Assembly: GCA_036741815.1 (NCBI GenBank)
Contig: DAINRN010000001.1
Location: forward strand, 1 to 43,009
Source: Acidobacteriota bacterium
GTDB lineage: Bacteria > Acidobacteriota > Vicinamibacteria > Fen-336
DNA: 43,009 nucleotides
Direction of reading: 5' to 3'
The number at the start of each line of letters is the position of its first letter. The first letter of the stretch is position 1. This document shows, piece by piece, positions 16,363 through 24,520 of the stretch. Below the pieces are notes generated by a model. That model ran no database searches and was not told where the DNA came from. It was given only the letters and a program-made list of their open reading frames with translations. The position numbers and the translations under genes were made by a program.

Positions 16363-18402
16363 TTACATGCCAGGTTGCGGCAGCATCGCCTGGGGCACGG
16401 TGGGGGTCCCTGGCACCCCGCCCACCAGGCCCGGTTGCATCCCCTCGGCCGCATTGGGAGGCGGCGGCGGCAGCACCGGCAGCCCCGCCCCTGGCTCCAC
16501 CGGCAGCCCCGCGCCCCCTGGCAACCCCATGGGCTCCTGGCCAGGGACGCCACCGCTGGGTGGCATGGCGGTGAGGGCTTGACGGATCGCCTCCTCATCG
16601 CGTATATCTAGCTTCTGTAGGACCTTGTTAATGCGATCCCCCTTCACTCTCGGGTCCTGTTCTATGTCATAGACTAACCATTCCTCCCTATTTTCATCGT
16701 AGTTGCCACCACTGTCCTCTATGACCTCGCGTGGCGTCTTGATACGCAGTCGTAAGGCTTCACCAGCACTACGTAGCTGGATCAGGTCATTGGTGGGCGT
16801 CATGGGCTCGAGCTTCACGTGGTAGGTATGGTTGCCGTGGAGGTCCTCGGGGCCGAGCCGCAGCCAGCCGCGCCCTGGCGCTCGCCGACGGGCGGTGGCC
16901 GGCAGCTCGCCGAGTACGTAGACAGCTTCACACAGGTCATGCTCTATCAGCCAGCTCTCAAAGCCTACTCTACCGCTCAGCATAAACTCTAAGTTGTCAA
17001 TGATGGGGTCCCACAGCAATCTGGCCAAATGAGACGCTTGATTGAGCGCATATCCGCTCTCATCTCCGCTCACTACCCCCTGTACAACCGCAGGAAGGGC
17101 AAGGTTCAGCGTCTCGCGCGCAAACGCAATCATCTTCTCGAGGTCGATGCCCCCCTTGCCCAGCTCGATCGGGTCCAAGTCCCACGGCACAATCGACCCT
17201 GGCGTGATCTTGAACTTCTGCCCGTCCTGGCTCTCCACCCCTGGCGCCAGCGCCATCACCCCGTCGGCCAGGCCCAGGCCCGGCTGCGGCTTGCGCTTGT
17301 ACGCGGTGTACGCATAGCGGTAGGCTGTCTGCGTTTGCATGGTTATGAACGAGTTTAGCATCTCGTACATCCGCAGGAAGCCGAAGATGAGCGACAATCC
17401 CTGGCTCTCGACTCTTCTCGAGGATGTAGATACCCCAAAACAATGGAAATACGGCCCTCGGAGGGTGTTCGTCTCGCGTATGCCGTAGTTATGCTTCCAT
17501 TCCTTGAGGGTGTGCCCGTCGCCCCGCAGGAAGTTGTCCCCTGGCCCGCAGATGCACGTGCGGCAATACTCCGAGTCCCACACCTCATACACCCTGAGCG
17601 TCAGGGTGTTGGACCCCTTCATGCTCGAGCGCCAGTGCTCGACACTCACGCCCATCGCGGCCGGCACCACCTTGCCGTTCTTGGAGAGCCCGATCTCGCC
17701 CTTGTACCGCTCCAGGCAGGTATAGTAATCAACGTCTTTCACCTCTACTATGCACGTATAACCATCCTCACCCTGCACATAGAAGAAGTTTTCAGGTGGT
17801 ACGTCCATACTGGCGATCGGGTACGGAATGTTGCGCTTGTACTCCTCCGTCAGCTTGGTATAATCCGCATCGGACTGCTCGTAGCTGTAGTCGTGCTCCC
17901 GCTCGACGCGGTCATACAGCTCGCGCCTGGTCGTCCCCGCGTACTCGTAATACTCACCCCAGGCCCGCCGCGCGCGGGGGATCGTCTTGGCCACCGCCTC
18001 GCCCTTCGCCACCTGGCTGTACACGAGCTGGCGGGTCAGCCGCCGCTGGCTCTCGTGCTGCTGGCGCTCCCAGGCCGCCTCGAACCCCTTCTCGCGCAAG
18101 GTCTGGTTCCGCAGGCCCGTATCCCCGATCGTAACGGGATCAAAGTGGATCTTGGGCGGATTGACGCTCAGTGCAGCCGCAATCGTATTGACGGTGTGTA
18201 ATGCGTGCGGAAGTCGCACTTCTAACGTAGTATCCCGATATTCGTCGGGAATCTCCACCTCACGATCCATAAAGATGATCTCATCCGCGTATTGCATGAG
18301 CTGGTTGCGCGCCTGGAACGGGGCCATCACGTCCCTGACCAACCCCAACAAGTCCTTGGTGTCGCCGGCTCGGCCGGTGTAGCCCCGTCTCGCCTCAGCC
18401 AC
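16363..18402 (-). CDS. putative portal protein, 679 aa
   Basis: It is the largest ORF between the terminase and head genes. The size and a Pro/Gly-rich C-terminal tail fit large portal proteins. I recognised no diagnostic motif by eye. Confidence 0.5.
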   Translation of the reverse strand: MAEARRGYTGRAGDTKDLLGLVRDVMAPFQARNQLMQYADEIIFMDREVEIPDEYRDTTLEVRLPHALHTVNTIAAALSVNPPKIHFDPVTIGDTGLRNQTLREKGFEAAWERQQHESQRRLTRQLVYSQVAKGEAVAKTIPRARRAWGEYYEYAGTTRRELYDRVEREHDYSYEQSDADYTKLTEEYKRNIPYPIASMDVPPENFFYVQGEDGYTCIVEVKDVDYYTCLERYKGEIGLSKNGKVVPAAMGVSVEHWRSSMKGSNTLTLRVYEVWDSEYCRTCICGPGDNFLRGDGHTLKEWKHNYGIRETNTLRGPYFHCFGVSTSSRRVESQGLSLIFGFLRMYEMLNSFITMQTQTAYRYAYTAYKRKPQPGLGLADGVMALAPGVESQDGQKFKITPGSIVPWDLDPIELGKGGIDLEKMIAFARETLNLALPAVVQGVVSGDESGYALNQASHLARLLWDPIIDNLEFMLSGRVGFESWLIEHDLCEAVYVLGELPATARRRAPGRGWLRLGPEDLHGNHTYHVKLEPMTPTNDLIQLRSAGEALRLRIKTPREVIEDSGGNYDENREEWLVYDIEQDPRVKGDRINKVLQKLDIRDEEAIRQALTAMPPSGGVPGQEPMGLPGGAGLPVEPGAGLPVLPPPPPNAAEGMQPGLVGGVPGTPTVPQAMLPQPGM

Positions 18403-18679
18403 TCATCCGCTCCTCTTCAATCGCGTTGGGGTCCCACCCCGTCAGCCGGCGGGCCAGGTCCTCGAGGTGCTCCAGCCGCGCCTCCGACCAGCCATCCCGA
18501 CGGAGGCGCGCGCGCAGATGCCCCGCGTGAACCGTGCGGCTCCGCTCCCGCGAGCGGGCTTCCGCCAGCACCGCGCGCGCCTGGGCCACCGCTTTGACCG
18601 ACACCTCGGCCGCCGAGATCGCGTCCAGGTACTGCGACTCCACGCGGGTTAACTCGGTGAGATACACGGGCTCAACCAC
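18395..18679 (-). CDS. hypothetical helical protein, 94 aa
   Basis: ORF track; Arg/Ala/Glu-rich helices. Confidence 0.55.
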   Translation of the reverse strand: MVEPVYLTELTRVESQYLDAISAAEVSVKAVAQARAVLAEARSRERSRTVHAGHLRARLRRDGWSEARLEHLEDLARRLTGWDPNAIEEERMSG

Positions 18680-18992
18680 TCCGCACCTCCTCCTCCACCG
18701 TCGCCGCCGGTCGCATCCCCGCCAGGGCCAACCGCGTGAGGGTCACGCCATCCGCCAGCTCGGGGTGCTCCCGCAGCAGGCGAGTCCGCAGGCGCTGCAC
18801 CGATTGCGATGCCTGCCGCTCGGCGGCCCGTGCGCGCTGCAAGGGCACGACAAAGGGGCGAGCGGCCTCCCGCGCCGCCTCCATGCGGGCGCGCCGCCGC
18901 TCGTCCGTCAGGGCGTCACGGGCGGCCTGGAACTCCTGCAAGCGGCGGATGGCCGCCACGTAGTCCGCCTCCTCCGGCGTCCACTCAGGCAT
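18672..18992 (-). CDS. hypothetical helical protein, 106 aa
   Basis: Track frame 18672-19007. I set the start to the ATG at 18990-18992 (MPEWTPEEADY...). Confidence 0.55.
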   Translation of the reverse strand: MPEWTPEEADYVAAIRRLQEFQAARDALTDERRRARMEAAREAARPFVVPLQRARAAERQASQSVQRLRTRLLREHPELADGVTLTRLALAGMRPAATVEEEVRSG

Positions 18993-19296
18993 GCTGCACC
19001 TCTCCATTCCCGCCGAGCACCACCGCCGGCGGCTGCACCCACGGGGGCGCCCCGTGGGTGTCCCACGCGTCCACCATGTCCCGCAGCATGGCCTCCGGCA
19101 CCCCCAGCGCCCGCAGCTTGCGCCAGGCCGCCTGGAACGCCGCCCGCGCCGGCTCTTCCTCCAGCGCGACGGCGAGCTGACGGCGCTTCAGCTCGCCGAT
19201 CACATCCCCCAGCAGCACCTGGCTGGCCCGCGCGATCTCAAGGTCGGCCTGCGCCCGCGCCAGCTCCCACCAGGCCGTCAGCTTCTGCTCGTTCAT
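18985..19296 (-). CDS. hypothetical helical protein, 103 aa
   Basis: Track frame 18985-19302. The ATG at 19294-19296 forms an ATGA with the upstream stop. Confidence 0.55.
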   Translation of the reverse strand: MNEQKLTAWWELARAQADLEIARASQVLLGDVIGELKRRQLAVALEEEPARAAFQAAWRKLRALGVPEAMLRDMVDAWDTHGAPPWVQPPAVVLGGNGEVQHA

Positions 19297-19565
19297 GACC
19301 ACAGCGCCTCGAAGGGCGGGGGGAGGTCCGGCCGCACGCTCCCTGGCGGCCGCGGTCGGCGGTCGCTGCGCGGCGCCTTGAACACCTCGAGGTGCCCCCA
19401 GCGGATGCAGGCGGCCAGGTAGCCGTCGTAGTAGTCGAGCCGCGAGCTGCGGTCCCGCCGGCAGTAGTCCTCCGCGTACACGTCGAGGAGCTTCTGCTGC
19501 TCCTCCCAGGTCAGCTCTGGCGGCGGCGGCACCGCGTTATGCGCGTGCTTCTTGGGTTCCGACAT
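19293..19565 (-). CDS. hypothetical protein, 90 aa
   Basis: Track frame 19293-19841. The ATG at 19563-19565 follows GGGAGGGGA. Sequence: MSEPKKHAHNAVPPPPELTWEEQQKLLDVYAEDYC... Confidence 0.55.
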   Translation of the reverse strand: MSEPKKHAHNAVPPPPELTWEEQQKLLDVYAEDYCRRDRSSRLDYYDGYLAACIRWGHLEVFKAPRSDRRPRPPGSVRPDLPPPFEALWS

Positions 19566-20301
19566 CCATCCCCTCCCTCGCGGCGGCCAGGCGCCGCCGG
19601 CTACTGGCCACGTAGTCTGCACTCTGGTCAAATCCCCGCCCCCGGCGCCCCAGCCGCTCCGCCACCACCACCGTGGTGCCGCTCCCCACGAAGGGATCGA
19701 CCACCAGATCGCCAGGGAACGACAGCAGGGTGATGAGCCGCCGCGCCAGCTCCTCGGGGAAGGCGGCGGGGTGGCGCTCCCACGCGTGGCTCTCGCTGGG
19801 GATGCGCCACAGCCCATTCGTCCACGCCAGCCACTCCTCATGCGTCAGGTCGCTCTCGCTGGCCAGGCGCCCCTGGCCCCAGCGCCCCTTGCTGAACAGC
19901 GCGATCATCTCCACCCGCGCGATCACGTGGGGCGCGCTGGCGCTGTCCACGCTGCCCCGTGCGGTCGTCTTGGTGATGTGGTCGTCCTCCCACACGATCG
20001 ACGAGCGGTAGGTCCAGCCGGCCGCGAGCGCCTCCCGCACCGCTTCCGCGTAGGTGGGGCGGAACCCGCCCCTGGTGGTGTCGAGCGGGACGTTCAGCGC
20101 CAGGCGCCCCCGCTCCCTGGTCACGCGGAACGCCTCGCGCAGCCAGGCGTACAAGTGCTCCATCCAGGCCAGCGCGTCATCGTCCTCCCCGCCGTAGTCC
20201 TTGTCGAGCCCATAGGGCGGCGAGGTCAGGATCAGGTCGGCCACCTCGGAGTCCAGCGGCAGGCAGGCCGCGTCGGCCACCTCGAGGCAGGCGTCGTTCA
20301 T
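19537..20301 (-). CDS. DNA methyltransferase, N6-adenine/N4-cytosine type (SPPY motif; motif IV precedes motif I)
   Basis: Motif IV is DLILTSPPYGL and motif I is VVDPFVGSGTT. The start is the ATG at 20299-20301 (ATGA with the upstream stop), not the track start at 20505. Confidence 0.8.
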   Translation of the reverse strand: MNDACLEVADAACLPLDSEVADLILTSPPYGLDKDYGGEDDDALAWMEHLYAWLREAFRVTRERGRLALNVPLDTTRGGFRPTYAEAVREALAAGWTYRSSIVWEDDHITKTTARGSVDSASAPHVIARVEMIALFSKGRWGQGRLASESDLTHEEWLAWTNGLWRIPSESHAWERHPAAFPEELARRLITLLSFPGDLVVDPFVGSGTTVVVAERLGRRGRGFDQSADYVASSRRRLAAAREGMDVGTQEARA

Positions 20302-20687
20302 CGCACGCGTTCCTTCCCGCCCACCGGCCCCACCAGGATGGACGGAGGCAGCGGCAGCTCGAGCAGGGTCGGCCGCCAGAGATGCAAGGTGTGCCCGTGG
20401 AAGTTGATGTACTGGCTGGCCGGTGGGTGGTACTCGACCACGCAATCCTCGGGGTCCCAAAAGATCCCCTTCAGGTAGCTCATCTCGTCCCACACCGGCG
20501 TCCACTCGTGGGTCCCGTCGGACACGTGGCAGCTCACGTGCTCCCAGCCCTCGCCGTCACTCGCGATCACCAGGAGCTGGCGCGAGGGGATCAGGCCACT
20601 GAGCGCGAAGGCCCCGTTGTTCCCATAGCTCTCGTCCGACGCCAGGGGGCCGGCGATGATGCGCTGGGCTTCAGGGACGTGAAACAT
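20298..20687 (-). CDS. conserved phage protein of unknown function, 129 aa
   Basis: ORF track. The pattern GNNGAF...VIASDGEGWEHVS...WDEMSYLKGIFWDPED...LHLW recurs in prophages near packaging genes, from my recollection only. Confidence 0.65.
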   Translation of the reverse strand: MFHVPEAQRIIAGPLASDESYGNNGAFALSGLIPSRQLLVIASDGEGWEHVSCHVSDGTHEWTPVWDEMSYLKGIFWDPEDCVVEYHPPASQYINFHGHTLHLWRPTLLELPLPPSILVGPVGGKERVR

Positions 20688-20925
20688 GGCGCTCCTCCTC
20701 CCGCTCGAGGTCGGCCACCGCGTGGCAGTCGGCGCACAGCACCTCGAGGTCCTCGGGCTCCTCGTACCCCAGGCGCGCGTAGGTCTTGTGATGCACCTCG
20801 AGGTACTTCCTGGCGCCGCACCGCTCGCAGCGGTGGCCGGCCGCCTCCAGGGCCTCGGCGCGGGTGTCAGCCCAGGCCGGTGACTCGAGATACCACTCGT
20901 AGAATCGACTGTGGGTCGCCCTCAT
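20671..20925 (-). CDS. HNH endonuclease, 84 aa
   Basis: CERCGARKYLEVHHKTY...LEVLCADCHAVAD (Cys pairs plus HH...H). Such small HNH genes often accompany the terminase in cos phages. Confidence 0.8.
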   Translation of the reverse strand: MRATHSRFYEWYLESPAWADTRAEALEAAGHRCERCGARKYLEVHHKTYARLGYEEPEDLEVLCADCHAVADLEREEERHVSRP

Positions 20926-21113
20926 CCGCTCCGCTCCCGCGCCCGCGCCCGCGCCTCGAGCACCCGATCGCTGGCGCGCACCACGTCCAGATAGCCCTCC
21001 CGAATGCGGATCGACAGATCCGACTGCTCGTCCAGCAGCCCGTGCAGCACCCGCCGCGCCGTCTCGAGCCCCTGCTCGGCCTCCTCCAACGTCAGCTCGG
21101 TCGTCTCGTTCAT
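20922..21113 (-). CDS. hypothetical protein, 63 aa
   Basis: ORF track. It is coupled by ATGA overlaps to TerL upstream and HNH downstream. Confidence 0.55.
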   Translation of the reverse strand: MNETTELTLEEAEQGLETARRVLHGLLDEQSDLSIRIREGYLDVVRASDRVLEARARARERSG

Positions 21114-22774
21114 CCGATCCTCACGAATTGGTCTTCCACGCGGGGGCGCTTGCCGTTCGTCCAGCTCCCCTGGATCACGTGGTCACTGGGGAGCGTCAGC
21201 GCCAGCGCCAGGGCGCCGCTGGAGGCATCCACGAGGTCGTCGTGGGCGCCGCGCGGGAAGGCCAGCAGCTCCGCCAGGTAGTGCGGGAACCACGGCGCGG
21301 TGCGGTCCGCGTAGAGCATCCCCTGGTCGCCACGGTTCGCGACGAGCATGGCCCGCGTGGTCTTGTCGATCGTCTCGGCCACCGCGAGCATGCCCACGGG
21401 GTGGCCACCCCTGGCGCAGAGGGTGATCACCCGACGGACGAGGTCTTGCGTGGCCAGGCTGCGCGTGTAGGCCCCCTTCCACACGCCGACGTAGTGGGGG
21501 CGCACGGTGGTGACGTAGCGGGCGAGCGCGCCGGCCAGGCCCCGCTCGTCGTCGGCGCGGGCATCCACCTGGCCGTCCTCGGTCCGCACCTCTTCCACAT
21601 GCGCCCACCAGGCGTGCAGGATGAAGGCGTCCTGGGTCTGACGGTCCAGCCCGATGGTCACCGCCGCCGTGTAGTCGGCCTCCTCGCGGGCACTGAACGC
21701 GAGGTCGAAGAAGCTCACCAGCAGCAGGCGGTCGCGCCGGCTCTTCCCCGTGGCGTCGGGGGTGCGGAACCCCGCCGGCAGGGGCTTCAGCAGGCCGTCG
21801 TGGAACAGCGCACCCTTGCGGGGGACCGGGCGCTGTTGGAACTGGGCCGCCGCCGCGTAGGCGCCGAGCTGGGCCTCCAGCGCAATCACCTGCTCGAGGG
21901 GGAAGCGCACCTCGTGCAGCAGCTCGCCCTCGAGGTGACGCGGGTCCGCATAGATCGGACAGGTGTCGTGGGGGTCCGGCAGAGCTTCCGACGGCTCCTC
22001 ACCGGCCAGGGGGAACACCCGCTGCTCGTAGCGCATGGGCAGGTTGAGGGTGTGCCACTCGCCGGTGGCCTTCAAGACGCCGGCCAGGTCCTGGGCGTGG
22101 ACCCGCTGCTGGATCACGACCTCGACCGTGGTGGCGGGATCGTTCCCGCGCGTAGACATCGTCTCGGCCCACCACTGGACGGTGGACTCGCGCACCAGCT
22201 CCGATTCGCCCTGGCGCACGTTGTGCGGGTCGTCGCAGACCAGCCGGTGGCCGCCTTCGCCGGTACCGGTGCCGCCAGGGCTGGTCGCGATGCGGTGGCC
22301 GCCGGCGGTGTTCTCATACTTCTGCTTCAGGTTCTGGTCGCCCTGGAACTCCCAGCCGATGGCTCGGCAGCCGCGATACCAGGGCGTCAGCATCAGGCGC
22401 CTCGCGCGGACGGCGTCACGGGTGGCCAGGGTCTCGGCGTAGCTGGCGCACAGCCACTGGGTGTACGGAGCCCACAGCCACTCCCAGCTCGGCCAGAAGA
22501 CGGAGACCACCAGGGACTTGCCGCTCCGAGGAGGCACGGTAATGAGCAGCTTGTGCAGCTCGCCTCGGCTGCACGCCTCGAGATGCTCGGCCAGGCAATC
22601 AAGGTGCCACCCCGCCTGGAAGGTCGCCCCTGGCTGGGCCAGTATCCACGCCTGCGGCAGGTACTCCCGCAAGGTCAAGGGCGGGTCCGCCTGCACCGGC
22701 GGCCGCTCGGGCTTCCTCGAGCTGGGGGAAGCTGGCGGTGGCAACAATACGGGCGGCACGGTCCGATAGGTCAT
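21110..22774 (-). CDS. terL: terminase large subunit
   Basis: Walker A-like ITVPPRSGKS and Walker B-like HRLVCDDPHN are present. Nuclease-domain patterns FFDLAFSAREEADYTAAV and AHDDLVDASSGAL are also present. I set the start to the ATG at 22772-22774; a GTG at 22696 is an alternative. The 724-aa track version has a frame-artefact N-terminus. Confidence 0.9.
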   Translation of the reverse strand: MTYRTVPPVLLPPPASPSSRKPERPPVQADPPLTLREYLPQAWILAQPGATFQAGWHLDCLAEHLEACSRGELHKLLITVPPRSGKSLVVSVFWPSWEWLWAPYTQWLCASYAETLATRDAVRARRLMLTPWYRGCRAIGWEFQGDQNLKQKYENTAGGHRIATSPGGTGTGEGGHRLVCDDPHNVRQGESELVRESTVQWWAETMSTRGNDPATTVEVVIQQRVHAQDLAGVLKATGEWHTLNLPMRYEQRVFPLAGEEPSEALPDPHDTCPIYADPRHLEGELLHEVRFPLEQVIALEAQLGAYAAAAQFQQRPVPRKGALFHDGLLKPLPAGFRTPDATGKSRRDRLLLVSFFDLAFSAREEADYTAAVTIGLDRQTQDAFILHAWWAHVEEVRTEDGQVDARADDERGLAGALARYVTTVRPHYVGVWKGAYTRSLATQDLVRRVITLCARGGHPVGMLAVAETIDKTTRAMLVANRGDQGMLYADRTAPWFPHYLAELLAFPRGAHDDLVDASSGALALALTLPSDHVIQGSWTNGKRPRVEDQFVRIG

Positions 22775-23108
22775 TGTGGGCGTGGAGAACGAACTCAGGG
22801 GGCTGAAGGCGGAGCCATTCGGGATCTGCCAGGAGGTCCGCCTCAGCGGTGATGGCTCGGAAGACGGCGGCAACGTAAGCGGCAATCCACTCTCCCAGGT
22901 CGCGGCTCTCACCGGCTGGCCGTGGGTCCGGCCGCTCGATCGGCACCCGTCCAGCCCGTGGATAGGTCCCGTTCGCGAGGGCCTGGTCGCGCCAGCTCTG
23001 CACCGTGCCGCGCGCCACGTGGTGCTTGGCGGCCACCTGGCGCACCGAGAGCCCCAGCGCCAGATCGGCGACCACCTTCGAGCGCAGCTCCACGGGATAC
23101 ACCGGCAC
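22599..23108 (-). CDS. terS: putative terminase small subunit (N-terminal HTH)
   Basis: GTG at 23106-23108 follows GAGGAGG. The HTH is LSVRQVAAKHHVARGTVQSWR. It lies immediately upstream of terL. The 3' ~100-175 nt overlap terL and lose third-position G/C. Confidence 0.55.
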   Translation of the reverse strand: MPVYPVELRSKVVADLALGLSVRQVAAKHHVARGTVQSWRDQALANGTYPRAGRVPIERPDPRPAGESRDLGEWIAAYVAAVFRAITAEADLLADPEWLRLQPPEFVLHAHNDLSDRAARIVATASFPQLEEARAAAGAGGPALDLAGVPAAGVDTGPARGDLPGGVAP

Positions 23109-23135
23109 GGGCAGCCTCCTCGGACATCAGCCAAC

Positions 23136-23169
23136 GGGGCGCCTGGGTTGACGAGACCCAGGCCGCCCC
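23136..23169 (-). promoter_or_regulatory. GC-rich hairpin in the 176-nt intergenic region upstream of terS (possible cos/pac-associated or terminator-like element)
   Basis: ggggcgcctgggt-tgacgag-acccaggccgcccc gives a ~13-bp stem with one bulge. There is no U-tract. Confidence 0.3.
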
Positions 23170-23284
23170 TGGCCGGTAACCCAAGAGCCTCAGGCGACCT
23201 ACAGGTAGCACCCCTCAGTGGACCCCGCAAGCCGGTCAGGCCCCGGCCATCATAGCATGGGCCATGGCCGGCCAGGCCGGTCAC

Positions 23285-23635
23285 CTAGTCGGGGATGAGG
23301 TTGCCTTCCGCCACGAACTCCGCCGCGCGGGCCTGCCACTGGGCGTACAGCTCGTCGCTGATGGACGGCAGCGCCTCGAAGAAGGGGCGGGCGTGGTATT
23401 GGAGGTCCTCGAGGGGGCAGCGGTAGAGGACGGCCAGGGGGCCGCGCACCAGGCTCATCACGAAGTAGGCCAGGTTGTCATGGGTGACCCCCAGCAGCAC
23501 CACTTGCCAGGGCGGGGAGGGCACCCGCTGCTGCACGGCCTTCGCGAAGCTCCAGCCCAGCCGCAGCCACAGGTCCGGCGACACCAACAGGCGGGGCTCG
23601 CCGCCCAGCTCGATCCACTCGTCGTGCGGTTCCAT
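23285..23635 (-). CDS. hypothetical protein, 116 aa
   Basis: ORF track; no motif recognised. Confidence 0.6.
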   Translation of the reverse strand: MEPHDEWIELGGEPRLLVSPDLWLRLGWSFAKAVQQRVPSPPWQVVLLGVTHDNLAYFVMSLVRGPLAVLYRCPLEDLQYHARPFFEALPSISDELYAQWQARAAEFVAEGNLIPD

Positions 23636-23645
23636 AGGCAGCAGC

Positions 23646-24023
23646 TTACCAGAGGCGCCACCAGGGACGTGGCCGGTGACTCGCCACCTCGAGCTGGTAG
23701 GTCAGCACCGCCACCTGGCCGGCCAGGTCCGCGATCTCGGCCGCCTGGCGGTCGATCAGCTCGGTGAGGGGGCGCACCTCTCGCGCCAGGGTGGCCACCA
23801 CCAGCTCGACGCCGAGCGCGCGCAGCTCCCCCTCGCCCTTGGGCACCGCGATCTCCACCGGCCCTCCCGCGCGGGTCTGACGCTTGGGATAGCGGCCGGC
23901 CACCACCCGCTTGTCGAGGGTCCGCTCGCTGATGCCGAGCCGCACCGCCGCCTCACTCTTCCTCAGCCACTCGGTCGTTTCTTCTGACCCCTCCGAAGGT
24001 CTCGCCTCGCTGGTCTCGTGCAT
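23646..24023 (-). CDS. MerR/excisionase-type HTH DNA-binding protein with a C-terminal coiled coil, 125 aa (first gene after the terminator)
   Basis: WLRKSEAAVRLGISERTLDKRVVAGRYP is an HTH_17-like motif. It could be a regulator, an Xis-like protein or a second TerS-like protein. Confidence 0.55.
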   Translation of the reverse strand: MHETSEARPSEGSEETTEWLRKSEAAVRLGISERTLDKRVVAGRYPKRQTRAGGPVEIAVPKGEGELRALGVELVVATLAREVRPLTELIDRQAAEIADLAGQVAVLTYQLEVASHRPRPWWRLW

Positions 24024-24071
24024 GAAAAAGCCCCCCTTCCGTCGCTCGTCAGAGCGTAGACGGAAGGGGGG
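24024..24071 (-). terminator. intrinsic terminator at the early/late operon boundary
   Basis: Perfect 13-bp stem: CCCCCCTTCCGTC (24031-24043) pairs with GACGGAAGGGGGG (24059-24071). On the minus strand it is followed by CUUUUUC, which runs directly into the ATG at 24023. Confidence 0.75.
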
Positions 24072-24098
24072 CGGGTCTGCCAGTCACAGGGAGGTCAC

Positions 24099-24290
24099 TT
24101 AGCGGAAGGGGCCAATCTCCCGTCGGATCATCGCCCGTCGCTCCAGCTCCTCCTTGACGGTGGGCAGTCGCCCGTGGTCGTGCGTGAAGGCGTTCACCCA
24201 CGCCTCGAGGAGCTGCTGGCGGAAGCGGCGGGTCTCCCAGCCGCGCCTCCCCCGCTCCTGATTGGATGGGTCGGGAATCCGCCGGGGCAT
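24099..24290 (-). CDS. Arg-rich 63-aa protein, last gene of the early operon
   Basis: Track frame 24099-24602, with an internal ATG at 24288-24290. Sequence: MPRRIPDPSNQERGRRGWETRRFRQQLLEAW... Confidence 0.55.
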   Translation of the reverse strand: MPRRIPDPSNQERGRRGWETRRFRQQLLEAWVNAFTHDHGRLPTVKEELERRAMIRREIGPFR

Positions 24291-24520
24291 CAGAGGTTCT
24301 CCACGGCCCACTGCTGGGCGCCCACGAGGCTGGAGTCGTCGTGCAGGTAGGCCAGGTCGTGCGGGCGCAGCACCAGGAACGTGTTGACCACCCCCGCGTG
24401 GCGCTCGCCCGTGATGAGCCCCACGCACTGACCGTCCTTCCAGACGGTTTGCGCGTGGGGGGTGTCTCCCATCACGGGGTCGTGCCAGGTGCGGCGGCGG
24501 GAGTCGATCGTGGTGCTCAT
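24290..24520 (-). CDS. hypothetical protein, 76 aa
   Basis: ORF track; ATGA coupling at 24517-24520. Confidence 0.6.
   Translation of the reverse strand: MSTTIDSRRRTWHDPVMGDTPHAQTVWKDGQCVGLITGERHAGVVNTFLVLRPHDLAYLHDDSSLVGAQQWAVENL

Noticed and set aside
22775-23284. The 724-aa version of the terminase ORF, and similar over-extended track ORFs (36505-37629, 38181-39080, 40648-41580, 40989-42668, 19537-20505, 30017-30706, 27572-28522).
   Set aside because: The N-terminal extensions read as Arg/Gly/Trp/Cys-rich frame artefacts and overlap better-supported genes in another frame. Internal starts with an SD and/or ATGA coupling give sensible proteins.
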